A stretch of 64,000 bases of DNA from Eutreptiella sp. 'Long Island Sound 2002' (GCA_964036045.1 OZ038378.1:59768001-59832000), one strand, 5' to 3'. Positions 34,906 to 48,597 are shown, counted from the first letter of the stretch. Translations and numbers: made by a program. Notes: generated from the letters alone by a model not told the origin.

Positions 34906-37740
34906 GGACAATGCCCGGAGGCGTATCCTTCCCAGAAAGGGGGCAAGTTTGCGCCACTTTTAGCAGCTCGTGATTGGCGGGGCTGCAAATGTATAGCGGT
35001 CAACTTGCACGAGGGGGTACGTTGGCAGATGGAAGCCAAGTAGGGAGAGCCAGGAGGGTTCTTCCCGCACCAGGGGGCGGGCCGCTTCGGGGCTGGACTA
35101 CACCGTGGGAGAATTGTAGCAAGTGGTGTCGGGCAGTAAGCCGTCGGTCTCGCGTAAATCCGGCGTGCTGGCGGGACCCATGACTTACGTTTATGGTGCA
35201 CAATCCTCTACGCAAGCGGCTCAAGATGCACACAAAGGAGGACACACGACCTATAGCGGTGGAGGCACATGTGGCCAAGATCATCGTGGCGCTCATCTTG
35301 CTCGAAATGGATTCCTGGGTCATGTCGTTGGAGCAGGCGTACATGGCGGGACGCTAAGCAGGTTAGGCGGCTCTCCTCATTGCGATGATCGTGGACGAGG
35401 CCGGGGAGACCACCGGCCCGGCCACATTGTATAATTGGGACAAATCGAATGCCTATGGCATGGTGGACCTATCCGGGGTGGCGTACCCTCTTAGATGCCA
35501 AGGGGTGCAACCGAAGGCGGCGAGGTGCGCAGCACTTGCGGGTGATCTCCATCACGGTAGCAATGGTGTCACGGGTGTGGAGGTTCAAAATCGGCGTGTT
35601 CCAGGGCTCGCCGCTAAGTCCGCAAGTGGACTTGTATCAGCAGAAGATCGGCATGGAAGCGGTCCGGCCGGAGAATACCGGGTTTCCCGCCGTTCTTGAC
35701 GAGAACGGCAAGTTCCGGGCTGCCACGGAGCGTCACTCCGACGAAGCGGTCATGTTGGCCGCGGCGGCGGAGTTCGTGGTGCGGCAGCTACACCGACAAG
35801 ACGGTGTCGCTCTGCGATACAAACTGCGCATTGTACGAGAGAAGGAACAATACTTGTGCATCCATTGAGATGCTTAGGGAAGGCGAGTTCTAGGTTCTCA
35901 TGAGACCGGCAAAGCGGCCCGGAGGACAGTGCGCGTGCCCTCCGCGTGCTGGGTTTCCAAATTTACCGGGAATGCTGGCACCTCGAGCAGTTTCGAGGCG
36001 CGATGGAGTTATGGAGTGTGGCGCTGGGGCTGGGGTCCACCGTGAAGGACATGGCCTCAAATGTGGCGGTGCAAGTGCAGGTGGTTCGCTTGTCGGAAAG
36101 GGACGTGTTCAAGATGGCGGCCCCGCCGCGCAGAATGTGGCGGAAACATTTGCACTTGCATGTGCGGACGGACTCCTCCACACTATGGCATTTGTTGGAC
36201 GCGGCGCTGCAAGTCACGCACGCACGCACTGTGGCACATAGAACGACGATGCGTATGCAATTGAGACGCATGGAAGGGCTGCCCACGCAACTCCATAGGG
36301 TAGGCAGGTGCTTCCGACGGGCGGCATGCTAGGTTGAGGCTCGGCTTGCGCAGATTCTCGACGAGATCTATAAGGACGGGCTGGATTTGAGGGCAGACCT
36401 CAGGCGCCACAGTCACAGGGAGGCCTTGTTGCTACCATGGGCAAAGGGGACCCACCATGTGCCTAGAGTGCAGGTGGTGGTGTACACGGATGCAAGCCAC
36501 CAAGAGACGGTACGAGGTAGATGAACAGGAGCTGGTCTGATTGTGCAGTTGGATGACACGTGGTGGGGCGTGGTGGTACACCCGCCACCAGAGGTGGACA
36601 AAACTACGGCGGCATTGCTAGCCCTTGCTCTGCGGCGCTGGATTCCGTTAGGTGCCTGAGTGACCCCGGGTCACGGACCGGGGAAGTGGTCTGCGATGCC
36701 CAGACGGCGGAGTCCCTGGTTGCAGTGTGCCCGTATCGGCAACGGGATCCACGGGCTGCGGAAAGCAATACAGTGGAGTGTGACTCTCTCGGAGGGATCT
36801 CACCGGTGGGTAAGGGGCCACGTGGAGGCCCCAAAAGGCGATGAAGATTATGAAGGTCGGCGGCAACGGAATGCTTGGGGCGATGAGTATGTGGACGTCG
36901 AGGCGCGGCAGAGCGCGCACGGACACCGAGTGGCCCTCCCTCTGTCATTGGGAGCGGTATACGGGTCGAGGCGAGCGGACGGCGCGGGAGGGATGGGATG
37001 GCACGTCCACTAGCCGGGGTACCGACCCCGCGAGACAGATGGACCCCTTGATTGAGCAGCAGCTGAAAGCCTACCTTGACGATGCGCTTACCTTGACTCC
37101 CCTGCACCTAGGGGAATGGCACCCCCCTCTCCAAGCTTGTGGTCGGTGCCAACATAAGGATGAGACTACGTCGAGTTTTCGGTGCACTTGTCAATGGGAA
37201 CGGTTGTGGACGGCAGCATGGGCGGCAACGGGTCACTGGAGGATCTCGGACGGGGAAGTCCTACTGGTGCTCTCCAATCTGCTAGGTAGTCGGACATGCC
37301 TGGGAGAGCGGGGGCGAGGAACTCACGACTGGGCCGTTGTCTCGTGGGGACAACATGTTGCCCTGCATGTGGTCGCGGTGCTGGAGTTTCAGCGGTTGGC
37401 GCAGGTGGTGCGCCAAGTTGTGGACGACTTGTGAATGAACGAGTGAGGGGATGGAGTGCGACGAGATCCCGGAGTTGGCAGCGCCGCCAGAAAAGGGAGC
37501 GGGGGATGGGAAGCTAGGTACGGTACATGGCACAGTGGATGCGGGTGCGGATCCAAGCGGTCGGAAGTAGGGGGACGAGGGGCACGAGTGGGTGGGCACG
37601 CGGGGCACTTGGGCGGCATGGGCAGATACTGCCACGCCAAGCCCTTGACGGGGCATAGGTCTGTCGTTCGGACTCACTAGGGGGGGGGCCACGGGCCGCC
37701 ATAGCCGTGTTGTACAACCAACCAACCAACCAACCAACCG
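34906..37740 (+). mobile_element. 5'-truncated, decayed non-LTR retrotransposon with RT, RNase H and a C-terminal Cys motif
   Basis: RT motifs: DTRPIAVEAHVAKIIVALIL, EQAYMAGR, LYNWDKSNAYGMVDL, IGVFQGSPLSPQV, HSDEAVML (degenerate YADD). RNase H: VVVYTDASH...GAG (~36470) and WVRGHVE...NAWGDEYVDVEAR (~36805-36905). CGRCQHKDETTSSFRCTC at ~37138. Several stops and frameshifts. Confidence 0.88.
37714..37739 (+). repeat. (CAAC)n tract, candidate 3' tail of the LINE
   Basis: acaaccaaccaaccaaccaaccaacc about 280 bp after the last ORF stop (37434). Confidence 0.6.
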
Positions 37741-38339
37741 CCCACCCCGCTTAAAACCTCAAAAAAGTGGGTTTCAAGTGGCGGGGGGGTTATGAGTGCC
37801 GTCCGGACCAAAAACCCAGTATATGATGCGTTTATTGGACAAAATGATGATTTTACAAGGGGTTCAACTGGCAATTCAACCCCATTGGGGTATGGCACAC
37901 CGATAGGCCCCAAAAAGCCCAAAGTGGGGGGGTATGTGGTGATTTCCCATGTATATGCCCACGTAGCTTTGATGTAACATCTTGTGCGAGGTGATGTTCA
38001 AAATTTAGAGACCAGCTGTTGGCTAATTTTTCAACTGTTAGGTTGCAAAATGATGGAGCTTCCCCCAGCATAGGGAAACATGGGCTGTACACCCCTCGCA
38101 ACTTGCACGGGTAGATTGCCAAAAATCGCTATAGGGTCCAAACGCAACCTCCAATTCTGCAAATATACGGTTTCGGAGCCCACCCCCGGAACCCATACCT
38201 TTCCGAAAAGTCCTTTTCGGGGATTTTTCGAAATTATACAACATACCCCCACCCCCCGAACCCTCTATTCCCGGAAATTGGCTGACACACGAAATTCCAT
38301 GCTAGTTCCATGAATAGTCTCCCGCCCCCTTGTCCAACA

Positions 38340-38397
38340 CCCACACACAGACACACAGGCACACACACACACACACAGAGAGACACACACACACACA
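38340..38397. repeat. Interrupted (AC)n microsatellite
   Basis: Directly visible. Confidence 0.95.
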
Positions 38398-40419
38398 TGC
38401 GATCCTTATACCCACACACCTTATACGATCCTTGGGGCCCCCTACCCCCTCTTTGCCCCCCCCCCGCCAAGGGTCCGGAACCCGGTAATCAATGTCTACA
38501 GGCTATAGACCCCCTAGTCCCAATACACCAGTAAACGATGATATCTGACTGTCTTTGCGGAAGTTGGCCTTCGGCCCCCTTCCCAAATATTGCCTCTTCG
38601 CGACTACATCATGATGGTGGTGTCTATTGTAGCGGACGGCGTCGACTAGATAATGTCGACATGGTGCAGAAAGTGTCTACATACCACAAGGCACAATTCT
38701 TTGATCCACGGCTATCGGGTTAGGGAAACATCATGGGATTAGTTGGACCGTGTAGTTCTTGCAAGATCCCATGGGACACCACCCCTTGCTTGACACAACC
38801 ATTCCTGTCTAGCATATGAGAGGCCCCCTTCATGCGTTGGGGAGGCTCGAAGTAACCACTCATTCATAATTCGTCAATCTCGAAGGGAATGTTGGGAATT
38901 GGCAGCATCCACCAAGACTGCGGATGAGGGGAATGTTTATCATTTTTGTTGTAGTATAGCATGGCCATAGCAGTGGCTCATTCTTGAATAAATGGGGACT
39001 GGGCATGATCGTGACCCAATGCCGCTGCGTAGGATTAAGCAGGGTTCAATAGGTTGCATGATACCAAAGGTTGTTTGACACGGATGGGTTTAGGCTCGAG
39101 CAATAGTTGTGGTATGTGCCCTATTCTCGGGTGAAGGCTCACCATGGGGTTAGAGGCACAAGCAATGCCCCCCCCTCCCCCACAAAGACCGGACATTTTT
39201 GTGCTTATGCAGTGTTTACGGAGTTCATGGGCTATCATTGTGTTATTGGTGTAGGTTTGGGCTAAAGGCCCCATCTCTAGGGTTCTGGAGCAATTGTGTT
39301 TCTATGGTCTTAGCCACTTGAAATGTTGGCCTTGGATGAGGTAGCACAATGCCACATGCACTTTAGTCGCTTACTATACACATTGATTGCACAAGCAACC
39401 CGCACATGTAGTCGGAGGCATTTGTGCACAGTCAATAGGGTGTGACACCACTGAGAACCAAGTCTTCGGCCGGAGGCCCTAGCGTCCAAATTGTGGAAGT
39501 TGGTGGGGAGCACTTGCATCTAACCCATAGGATTTCATGTGTTGCAATTACTACCCTTCATATCTACATGTCATAATGCAGGGCGGACTAAGTTGCAATA
39601 TGGGTGAATTTACTTTTGGATGTGCCTCTCCTCAACTTGTCCTTTGGTAGCAGCATTGGAATGGTAGAAAAGTTTTTGTTAAATTGCATTGCAAGAATGC
39701 AACCGCCGAGCCGAAACAAGTTTGGAATTCCAGCGTTGCATCAGCTTTTTTGGCTTCCTCCGTTGTATCTGTGATGGGAAGGACTCATTTGACCCCATTC
39801 AACCATATCTTTCACTTCTTTGGTGCGTACAATGCCTACTAGGTAACATCACAGTACCGTTGTGTATCTGTGGTACCATCTCCCGACAAGAATACATTGG
39901 ATGTATGTGCAAATGGTCATTTTAATGCTTTTGGTGCTGCAAAAGGATTGTTCGATTGCCCAATCTCTCAAGTTGCCACACTTGGTGCATTACTTTGCTC
40001 CCAATGGTTGGATTCTGAACATAGTTTTCGTCCTATTAATTATTACTTAATTAATTAATAATGGATGTACCTTTGTTTCTTCTCCGTGTCCATGCGTTGG
40101 TGGCAAAAGTTGCAATAGGCCTGGAATGCCTCCTGCCTCGTGCATGTCATGCTTTGTACATTGTGCCTTAAACCCCATGATGTGCTGCTTACAACATGGT
40201 GTGCAGTGAACTTAATTATGTGCCATTGATGCCATGAGCTCCTAAAGGACCCACCCACTAAGGATCTCATGACCGCTTGCCTTGATTACCCAAGGCAATA
40301 TTTCCGTTTGGGTTAGGGGTAGTGCGAACCATCCGATCCATACTGAGCCGCACACACAGCCCTTCAAAAATGCCTGCCAAAGCAAAGATTTAGTAAGTTG
40401 CGGAGAGGGGTCATTTTTT

Positions 40420-42130
40420 CGGACCTATGGTGCGTTTGGAGGGCACCAAAGGGCTCCATGACACGCAGAAGTCGAGCCGCACATGCAGTGTTTGGCCGCT
40501 TTCAACGGGTTCTAGGGCATGCGGGGCAAAATATTGCTGCTTTTGGCTCACCACAACGCATATTTGGTACAGCCTGGCCTGAGTTGGCGCCTACCCCGCG
40601 GTTCGCCACGATTGAGTTTTTCGCTCAAAACTTGGATTTGCAGGGCCTCGACCCGCGCTCTAGCATGGCGAAAGTAGAGTACACCCCGAAGTGATGGCAC
40701 AATGGCCCATTTTCAAGGAGTTTTGGCATTTTGGAGGTCCAAATAGGCCACCACGGACTCACAATGCCAAAATCACTTGGCTTGGCATCCCACATCGTCT
40801 ACTAGAGTTTTTGTAAAAGAGCCTTTTTTTTTTCGGCCCTAGTGTACCTTGTTGCCCCATTTTGGCACCCACCTATCATGGCTAGAGGTTGTAGCCGGCC
40901 GCCGCCAAAAACACCCTGGTATGGGCCTCGAGGTGTCTGTTAAGGCATTAATGAGTGGTGGAACCAACAACAGGTGGGGGGTTGCACGTGGACTAGGCCC
41001 CCTTCGCATCACATTACCAACCACACATCCAAGATGGAGCCGGTTTGGGATGGTGTGTGACCGATCTTTGCAAATTTCGAGGCTTTTCGGGACGTTTTGG
41101 AGGTATTTTGTGGACACATGGTGAATTTAGAGGGCTTCGAACGGCTCTTTGACAGGAGGAAGTGAAGCCGCTTGTGCAATGTACCAACCGCTTCCCTTCA
41201 TTTCGTCGTTTTGAACGGGTTCTAGCTGTGTTTGGCAAGAAATAGCTTTTTGGGGCCCACATGTGCGGAGTGGCGTCAAGTCGGAAGGTGCCCTCCCTAA
41301 TCTTGGGCTGCTTTGGGCCCAAAAAGGCCGTGTTTTGCCCGAAAACCCCCTTCAATTTGTTCACAACGGCCCAACAGCAAAAGCGGTTGGTACACTCCAC
41401 GTGCACCTTGACTTTGTCGTGTCAAGCAACCCATTGCTCCCCTCCAGCTGCATAATATGTTTGCAAGAAATACCCCCCAAGGTTACCAAAAAGCCACATA
41501 TTCTGCTCATAGTGGCGGCAGACAACCCCAAAGCAAGAACCACGCCATATCTTGGTGTATGCCGCTCCAAGCCCCACTCCCAAGGCACACAGTCCAACCC
41601 ATCACCCCCCATTTTTAGGGGTTCCTAGCCCCGAAAAATTAAACAAATGGAGGCCTAGACCACTGCATGTTTGGCTGAAGCGCGAGTGCCAACATGGGTG
41701 AACAACGTCCACTGGAGACGAAAGTATAATCATCTAGAGTTGGCAAGAGGGGTGTCGATTAGAGGGTATATTGCAAGAGTCCCGTCCCCTTAAATCTAGC
41801 AGGCAGCAAGCAACAACATGCAACAACAAGCACGGCGGGTTTCAAATTTGGCTAATAGTCTGTCCCAAAGCCTCCATTTGTACTCTACTTCAACTATCTT
41901 TTGCATTGACAAATGCCCTTTCCAAGTCCAAAGTTTGTGGCCCCAATTCATCAGAGGCGACCCGCAACATAGGCGCCTCAGTCGGGGGGTGCCCTCCCAA
42001 AATTGCCCCAAAGAGCCGAACCCCCCCCTTTTTTGCTCAAAACAGCCATAGTACCTGCTCAAAATGGCCAAATGAATGGAAATAGATGATATAGTCTGGC
42101 ACCGCTTCACTTCCTTCTGTGAAGGAGCCA
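40420..42130. repeat. Cluster of highly diverged module-A relatives in both orientations
   Basis: 40420-40640 and 41000-41225 match the reverse complement of A (ttggagggcaccaaagggctc; gagtttttcgctcaaaacttggatttg). 41250-41600 and 41930-42130 match A forward (gtacactccacgtgc; gtgccctcccaaaattg). Confidence 0.7.
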
Positions 42131-42589
42131 GTTGCTAGGTTGCAGCTGCATGATGTGTCCGAGAAACACACCGAAAGGTGCCATAAAGCCCTAGAATCAG
42201 CGCTATTTTTGGCACTTTGGTTAGCATTTTATCTTACCCTAGTTTTAGCCCTTGCCACCCCTTGTAGGCCACCCAAATTGCTCCCCCAACCCGTTTTTTT
42301 ATTGTCCATCTCTCAAATAGGGGGGGGGGGGGTGGCCGTATAGGGTATTGGGGTTGGGAAACAAATGGAAGCAGTGGTGTGATGAAATTATTCCATATAT
42401 TACTACAGTCCTCTCCACTTAAATCTAGCTACCGGGCACCAACAACAAACAACAAGCAATGTGACTCGTTTTTCTTTTGGTCATTGCACCATCCTCACAT
42501 AGCCACTTGGGCTTTTGTTCCCTTCCGTGCGTTGGCGACCCCAGAGAAGGCAAGGTTATGTACCCATCACCTACATGTGCGTCCTTGAG

Positions 42590-43295
42590 GCGGCCGGGGT
42601 TAAGTGGCCACTTTTATTTTGGAGCGCCACATTGAGCGTTCAGGACCCCCAAGAAGGCAAACATTGTGTAGCCATTGCCCACGTTTAGGCCACTTCTGAT
42701 TTTGATGCCTGCTTTTAGCGTTGGGCACATCAAGAAGGTAAGTGTTATGTAGCCATTGCCCACGTTTGGGCCCGTCTAAGGAAGGGGTCAATAACCCATT
42801 TCTGATTTTGATCTCCGCATTGAGTGTTGGGCAGCGACAAGAAGGCAGAGGTTATGCAACCATTGCGCATGTGTTGGGGACCCCCAAGGAAGCAGGGTTT
42901 ATGCAACTTTTGTCTGTTTTTCGGCCCCCGAGACGGAATGGGTTGAGTAGCCACTTCTGATTTTGATCCCCACACTAAGCGTTGGGGTCCCCGAAAAAGT
43001 AGGGGTTATGCAATCATTACCCATGTTGGGCCCCCCGAGATGATAGGGATTAAGTAGCCATTTCTAAATTTAATGCCGCGTTCAGCGCCGGGGACCCCCG
43101 AGAAGGCAAGAGTATTGTAGCCATTGCCCGCGTGCAAACCCCCGAGACGGCACAGATTAGGTAGCCACTTGTGGCTTTGATCCCCGCGTTAGGTATTCAA
43201 GATCTCTGAGATGGCAGTGGTTATGTAGCACTTTGCCCACACATGTGGGCCCCCAAGATAGCAAGGGCCAAGTAGCCACTTCTGATTTTCACCAC
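42590..43295. repeat. Degenerate satellite with alternating ~45/~60-bp subunits (ccccgagaaggca...gtagcca)
   Basis: Recurrent cccc(a/g)agaaggca, gtagccattgccca and gtagccacttctgattttg motifs. Confidence 0.8.
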
Positions 43296-44109
43296 CTTCT
43301 GTGGGAGGTGCGTGGGACGGTACTTGTATTGTAACCATTGTGTGTAGATGACCTAGCTCTTATAACTATGTCCGTAGCGATAGGATGCAGAGTGCACAAC
43401 GTAAAGATCTAGCTTGGACCAATTAGATCACATCCAGGGACTTTTTTGTGCTGCAATGTATACTCTTTGACCACCCATCTTTCACTGATGCAATTTATAC
43501 TCTTTGACGTCCCATTTTTCGTCATGCATGGTGGAGCGAAGTGAAACATTGGTTTGCAATATACTGATGTGTGGATGGTCCCAAACCACAAGACAAAACA
43601 ACTGAAAGCACAAACCTCGTCATAAACCACAGGCAATAAAAAAACAACAAGCGACAATAGCTACTTCATACAATTTATAGCAGCCATACCGTGAGGTACC
43701 GGGCCCATTTAAGATGATCAACACCATGGGGGAATCATTTTGTATTTGCTATGTTGAAGCACCCTACCCCACAACCACCCACCCTTGCAAGCTCACACTA
43801 AGCATGCACTACACGTTGTTCACCATGTTGTAGGTAACATCGGCCATGCTTCATGAGCTGTCCACTATAGAATGTTTTTGCATGGTCCATTGTACGTTCC
43901 TCAACAGGCCCTTTTTGTCATTGTCCGCTTCACTCTTAGCGGTTGGATTCGGTATATATGTGCACTCGTGATCGGGTTATGTTCATAGTATCCACTTCCA
44001 ATCACCGGGATCAAGAGTTGCAACAGTGTTTGGAGGCCGATCTTGACTTCCCTGTTGGGGACTTCATCGTGCAGCGACCATTTGCCGCTCCCATGCTACG
44101 CTATATTGC

Positions 44110-45150
44110 TCATGAACCGGCCCTGTGCAGTACGGTGGGCACAACCAGCCCCGTGTGGCGTGCACAGGGCCTCCAATGGGTACATCCGGCCTTGTGTGTC
44201 CGGCGTGCATAGGGCCTACGATGAGCACAATCTACCTTGTGTGGTGTGCACGTAGCTTCTGGTGAGCATAATGGGCCTTGTGTAGCATGCAGCAGGGCTT
44301 GCAATCGCACAGTTAGCTATATGCGGCATGACGCATTGTGAATATAGCCATATAGCCTCCACAGGGCCCACAGTGGGCACAACCGACCGCGTGCGGCATG
44401 CACTGGACCACCTATGGGCACAACTGCACGTGTGCGGTGTGCAGCGGGTACCACAGGCTCCATGCATTGTGCATGGGGCTAGAGTGGACACAACTAGTTC
44501 TATGCGGCGTGCATAGGGCCTGCAAACGGGAACAACCAACCTTGCACAATGTGCACATGGCATGCCGTGGGCACAACCGGCCATGTTTGGCGTGCACAAG
44601 GCCTGGATTGGGTACCACCGGCCCGTTGTGACATACACAGGGCTTGTAGTGGGTACAACCAGTCCTGTGCAACCTACGAAGGGGCTGCAATTCGGCACAC
44701 CAGGTGCTCTAGGGCCTGCACAGGGCTTGTAGTGGGTACCGCTCGCCTTTGGCGATGTTCACAGGGCCTATGGTTAGCACCATTGGCCTTCTACGGTGTG
44801 CATAGGGCCTATGGTTGGGCGCAGCCGGCCCTTTGCAGCATGCATAGGGCCTACAATGGGCACAAACTGCCCTGTGTGGCGTGCGCAGAGCTTGTCATGG
44901 GCACAACCGGCCCTATACGGCAGGCATAGGGCCGAGGGTGGCCATGTGTAGCATGCTCAGGGCTTGCAGTGCGTACAGCCGTGAGGAGTGCACGGGGCAA
45001 GGGCCCCGTGTAGTGTGCACCGGGCCTGCACTGGGCACAATTGGCCCCGTGCGGTGTGCATAGGGCGTGCAGTTGACACAACCGGCCCTGTGCGTCCCTC
45101 ACAGGGCCTGCAGTGGGTACCACCAGCCCTGTGTGGTGTGCACGGCTGGA
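44110..45150. repeat. Degenerate 41-bp minisatellite (gcatagggcct...gggcacaaccggccctgtg)
   Basis: gcatagg at 44842 and 44924 with an intermediate unit at 44883; the gggcacaacc motif recurs throughout. Confidence 0.85.
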
Positions 45151-46689
45151 AAGGAATGAAAGGGAGCGAATCCTTCGGGACCGTTGTAAAGTGACAGCCC
45201 GAGGAAAAGAGTAGAAGCAGAAAATCAAAACAATACCGATGGGACAGTTTTGACATGTGTGGTACTATCACTGTACACACATGGATTGAGGGTTTGCATG
45301 GGGGGGGGGCATACCTGGGAGAGCGAAATTTATGGTGAAATTTATGGCCTGGCTCCCTGCTCTCGGCCATGACAAGTGGGGGTCTTGGTCTCATGTGTTG
45401 TAGCCTGACCAGTTGCTTGTTCACTTGATCCTGTTGCCTGCAGGGTATTGGTGTTGGGCGATCTTCGCTTAGGTGGGTGTCTGTCTGGCTGTACAAATAT
45501 CTGTTTATTGTTCTGTGTGTTTCTGCATCCATTTCTGTGTGCCCGCCTGCCTGCCTTATTTGCCTGAGTCTGCGTCTGTGATGGTGTTAGGTTCACCTTG
45601 CTACAGAAGGCGTCTTTTGCACGCCCGGTCTATTGTTTGTGCACAGGTCTGGCAATCATCAGTTCCGACTACGATTGTTTGAATGCCTCTGCCTTGATCT
45701 TGACCTTTGGGAGCCCCTTTGGGGTGCCATTCGATTTGTGCTCGAAAACAATATAGATCAGGTGCAGCACTCCTATGCAGTGCGTTGCACTGCCTTCTGC
45801 TGGGCACAACCCCTGGCTGTCCCATCCCTGCACTTTGGAAATGGGGCAAGGACTGCGGCTGTCTGAGGAGCAGTATTTCAAAAATCTAAAGTTTGTTTCT
45901 GCTGCCTGCTGGCAGTATCTTTTCTGGGGCAGATACTCAGGCGCAGATGCTTTAGTTCCATGCGCAGTCCTGCAGGCCAGTCATCCACAGCAATTTCCCT
46001 CAATTGCAGCGTCGGCCTAAGAGGAAGGGCGCTCAGGGAAATCTCCGCCACAGAAGGGGCTCTCATGGCAGGCCCACTATTAAAAGGGAAGTTCTGAGGA
46101 CTGGTTGTGGCTTGGCTTGGCTTGACTGTGGGCCTGAAAGTGGCTCGTCCGAGTTTTTTTTATTGAAATTAGTTCCACGACATGTGACAAAAATGATCAG
46201 TGTCTCTTGGGGATCATTTTGCAGCAGAGATGCAGAAGGAAGCAAATCTCCTTCTCTCTGCTTCCCTAAGAACAGGGGCAACTGCATGCACACCGGGCAT
46301 CGTCACGGAGGGATTTTCGGGAGGGGCTACATGAGCGGGGGGACGCCGGTGACGGTTGGCCTGCCTGCCGTCTCCGTTGCCGAGCGGCAGGTTCAAGCTC
46401 TCTCTTCTTCCGCTTGACAAAATTGTCGAATGTGTCATACACATTCTGCTTATTTTGTGGTGTGCATACCCACACACTGGTGGGCAAATGGAATGGGGGT
46501 TGTTGGAAGCACTATGGGGGGATGTACACCCTTAAGATAGTAAGTATCCAGTGCAATTATTAGGTGCATACGATGACACCAAGTACCCATAATATTTGTT
46601 TTTTTTTTGAGGAGGCAGGGCTAGGCAAAGTTTCTCCCTCTTTCCCCCCTAGTTCTCCCCCTTTTTCTCATTTTTTGTCCCTGTGTAGG

Positions 46690-46925
46690 GGACCCCCGAG
46701 AAGGCAGGGGTGAAGTAGCCATTGCGCCCACACGTGGGCCCCTGAGACGGCAGGGGTGAGGTAGCCACTGCTGATTTTGTCCCCTTGTTGGGGAACCCCG
46801 AGAAGGCAAGGGTGATGTAGCCATTCCCTGCTTTGTCCCGTTGTTGGGGAACCCCAAGAAGGCAGGGGTGATTTAGCCATTCCGCTCACACATGGCCCCC
46901 CAAGGCGGCAGGGGTTAGGTAGCCT
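46690..46925. repeat. Better-preserved segment of the same family as 42590-43295
   Basis: ccccgagaaggcaggggtga.gtagcca is repeated about 5 times. Confidence 0.85.
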
Positions 46926-47631
46926 GGGCTGGAGGAAGGAGTGATTTTTGGGGGTAAAGCAATAGGATAGATGGCCAGAACATTGATTTGGATGCCGGGC
47001 TCGCCAAGCAAGCATATCCTCCATAAGTTCTCAGATTTGCCCACCTCAGTTTTGGCCAGCTATTCTGGGTCTCAATCCCTTGCCTTCATTGACCCCGGAT
47101 TTCCCTTTCGGTATGCCTTTTGGCATGACAGTCTCCAACGCTATTTGATTCACCCTCTCACTACTGCTCTTGACCCCTTTTCTATCCCCAAATGGCACCT
47201 TTTCAAGACTTTTTGGGATTCCGAGCAGTCCAAAATGGGGCCAAAAGGGCTCACAATGCCTCACACCGCCCGAAAAAACCATTTTTGGAAAGCCCCGACC
47301 ACTAGCTCTCACCAGAAGTTGATTTTAGGCTATTTGCTCACACGAAGCCTGAGATCTAGAGGCTGGAAATGTGCTCAACTATCCGCCCCTGTGCAGGGGC
47401 CCACTATTTCAGTTTCATGCAAACTAGGCATTTTTGGAAAGCCCCAACCAGTAGCGCTTACCAGAAGTTGATTTTAGGCTATTTGCTCACACCAAGCCTG
47501 AGATTTGGAGGCTCGGAATGTGCTCGACCAACAGCCCCTGTCCAAGGGCCCACTATTTTAGTTTCCTGCAAACCAAGCATTTTTGTAAAGCCCCAATCAG
47601 CAGCTCTCACCAGAAGTTTATTTTAGGCTAT

Positions 47632-48591
47632 CACGCTTTGTTGTGTGGCCCCTTGAGTTGAGGTTCGGGACTCTCAATCCACGCTTTGGTGCGTGGCCCC
47701 TTGAGTTGGGGTTAGGGACTCGCAATCCACGCTTTGTTGTGTGGCCCCTTGAGTTGGGGTTAGGGACTCGCAGTCCACGCTTTGTTGCGTTGCCCCTGGA
47801 GTTGGGGTTCGGGACTCTCAATCCACGCCATCCATTGGATCATCTTGACCCTGTAGAGGGCTTGGAAGCCTCGATTGAGGAGGATCCGGAGGCCCTCGAG
47901 TCATGGATGTGGGGCATCAAACAGTGATGACGTGCAGCATTGGATTTCTATGGTGTGTCGTTGTGTCATTCTGATTTGTCCTGACCTGTTGTTCATTGCA
48001 TGTATTGCCTGCTTTTTACCTCCCAATTGTAACCTTTCCTTGTATCCTCTGACCCTCCCACCCACATCGCGAAAGTAATGTAGGTACCCCACCCCAACCA
48101 CAGTGCCTTCCTCTCCCTTGCACCGAATGTGCCTCTCTTTTTTGCAGTGTGTTGTGCAGTTTTTTTCAGTATTTTTCTGTCCGTGTGACAGCACAATTTT
48201 TGGACCACAACTTGGTGCATTTCCCAGCCCACAGTACCCTCTCCACCCCTGGCAGTGCTTGGGCAAACCCACCTAAAAAAACCCACCTAGCCTGCCGCTC
48301 TATATAAGTATGTACACATAAATTTTTTTTAATCCAAACACGAAACCAATCATACAAACGGTGGGAAACGCCACTTGGGGTCACAAGGCCCAAGCAACCA
48401 ATGTTCAATACACAATATTACAGTGTTTTGAGTTTTTCTAATTGGTTGAGTTGTTGAGTGACACCGTCCATTCTTTAAACTTACACTATTTTTACAGAAA
48501 TTTACGCCACTTTTGGCAAAATTTGCAACCATTTACACAATGTGGGGGCCGGGGGCCAAAACCATTCGAAACCCCCGCAAATAATCGGCTT
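47632..48591. other. 960-bp insertion in the 149-bp satellite, beginning with 4 x 48-bp repeats
   Basis: The satellite breaks after ttttaggctat (47631) and resumes at gtagcgctcaccagaag (48592). acgcttt recurs at 47633, 47681, 47729 and 47777 (partial acgc at 47825). Confidence 0.9.
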
Positions 48592-48597
48592 GTAGCG

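Noticed and set aside
38530-40270. Minus-strand protein-like fragments
   Set aside because: Many stops in every frame examined and no motif I can name.
45200-46480. Minus-strand ORF fragments suggestive of a decayed retroelement protein
   Set aside because: No endonuclease, RT or gag motif is identifiable.
47700-47770. Telomeric TTAGGG
   Set aside because: Single hexamers inside a 48-bp unit, not a telomeric tract.
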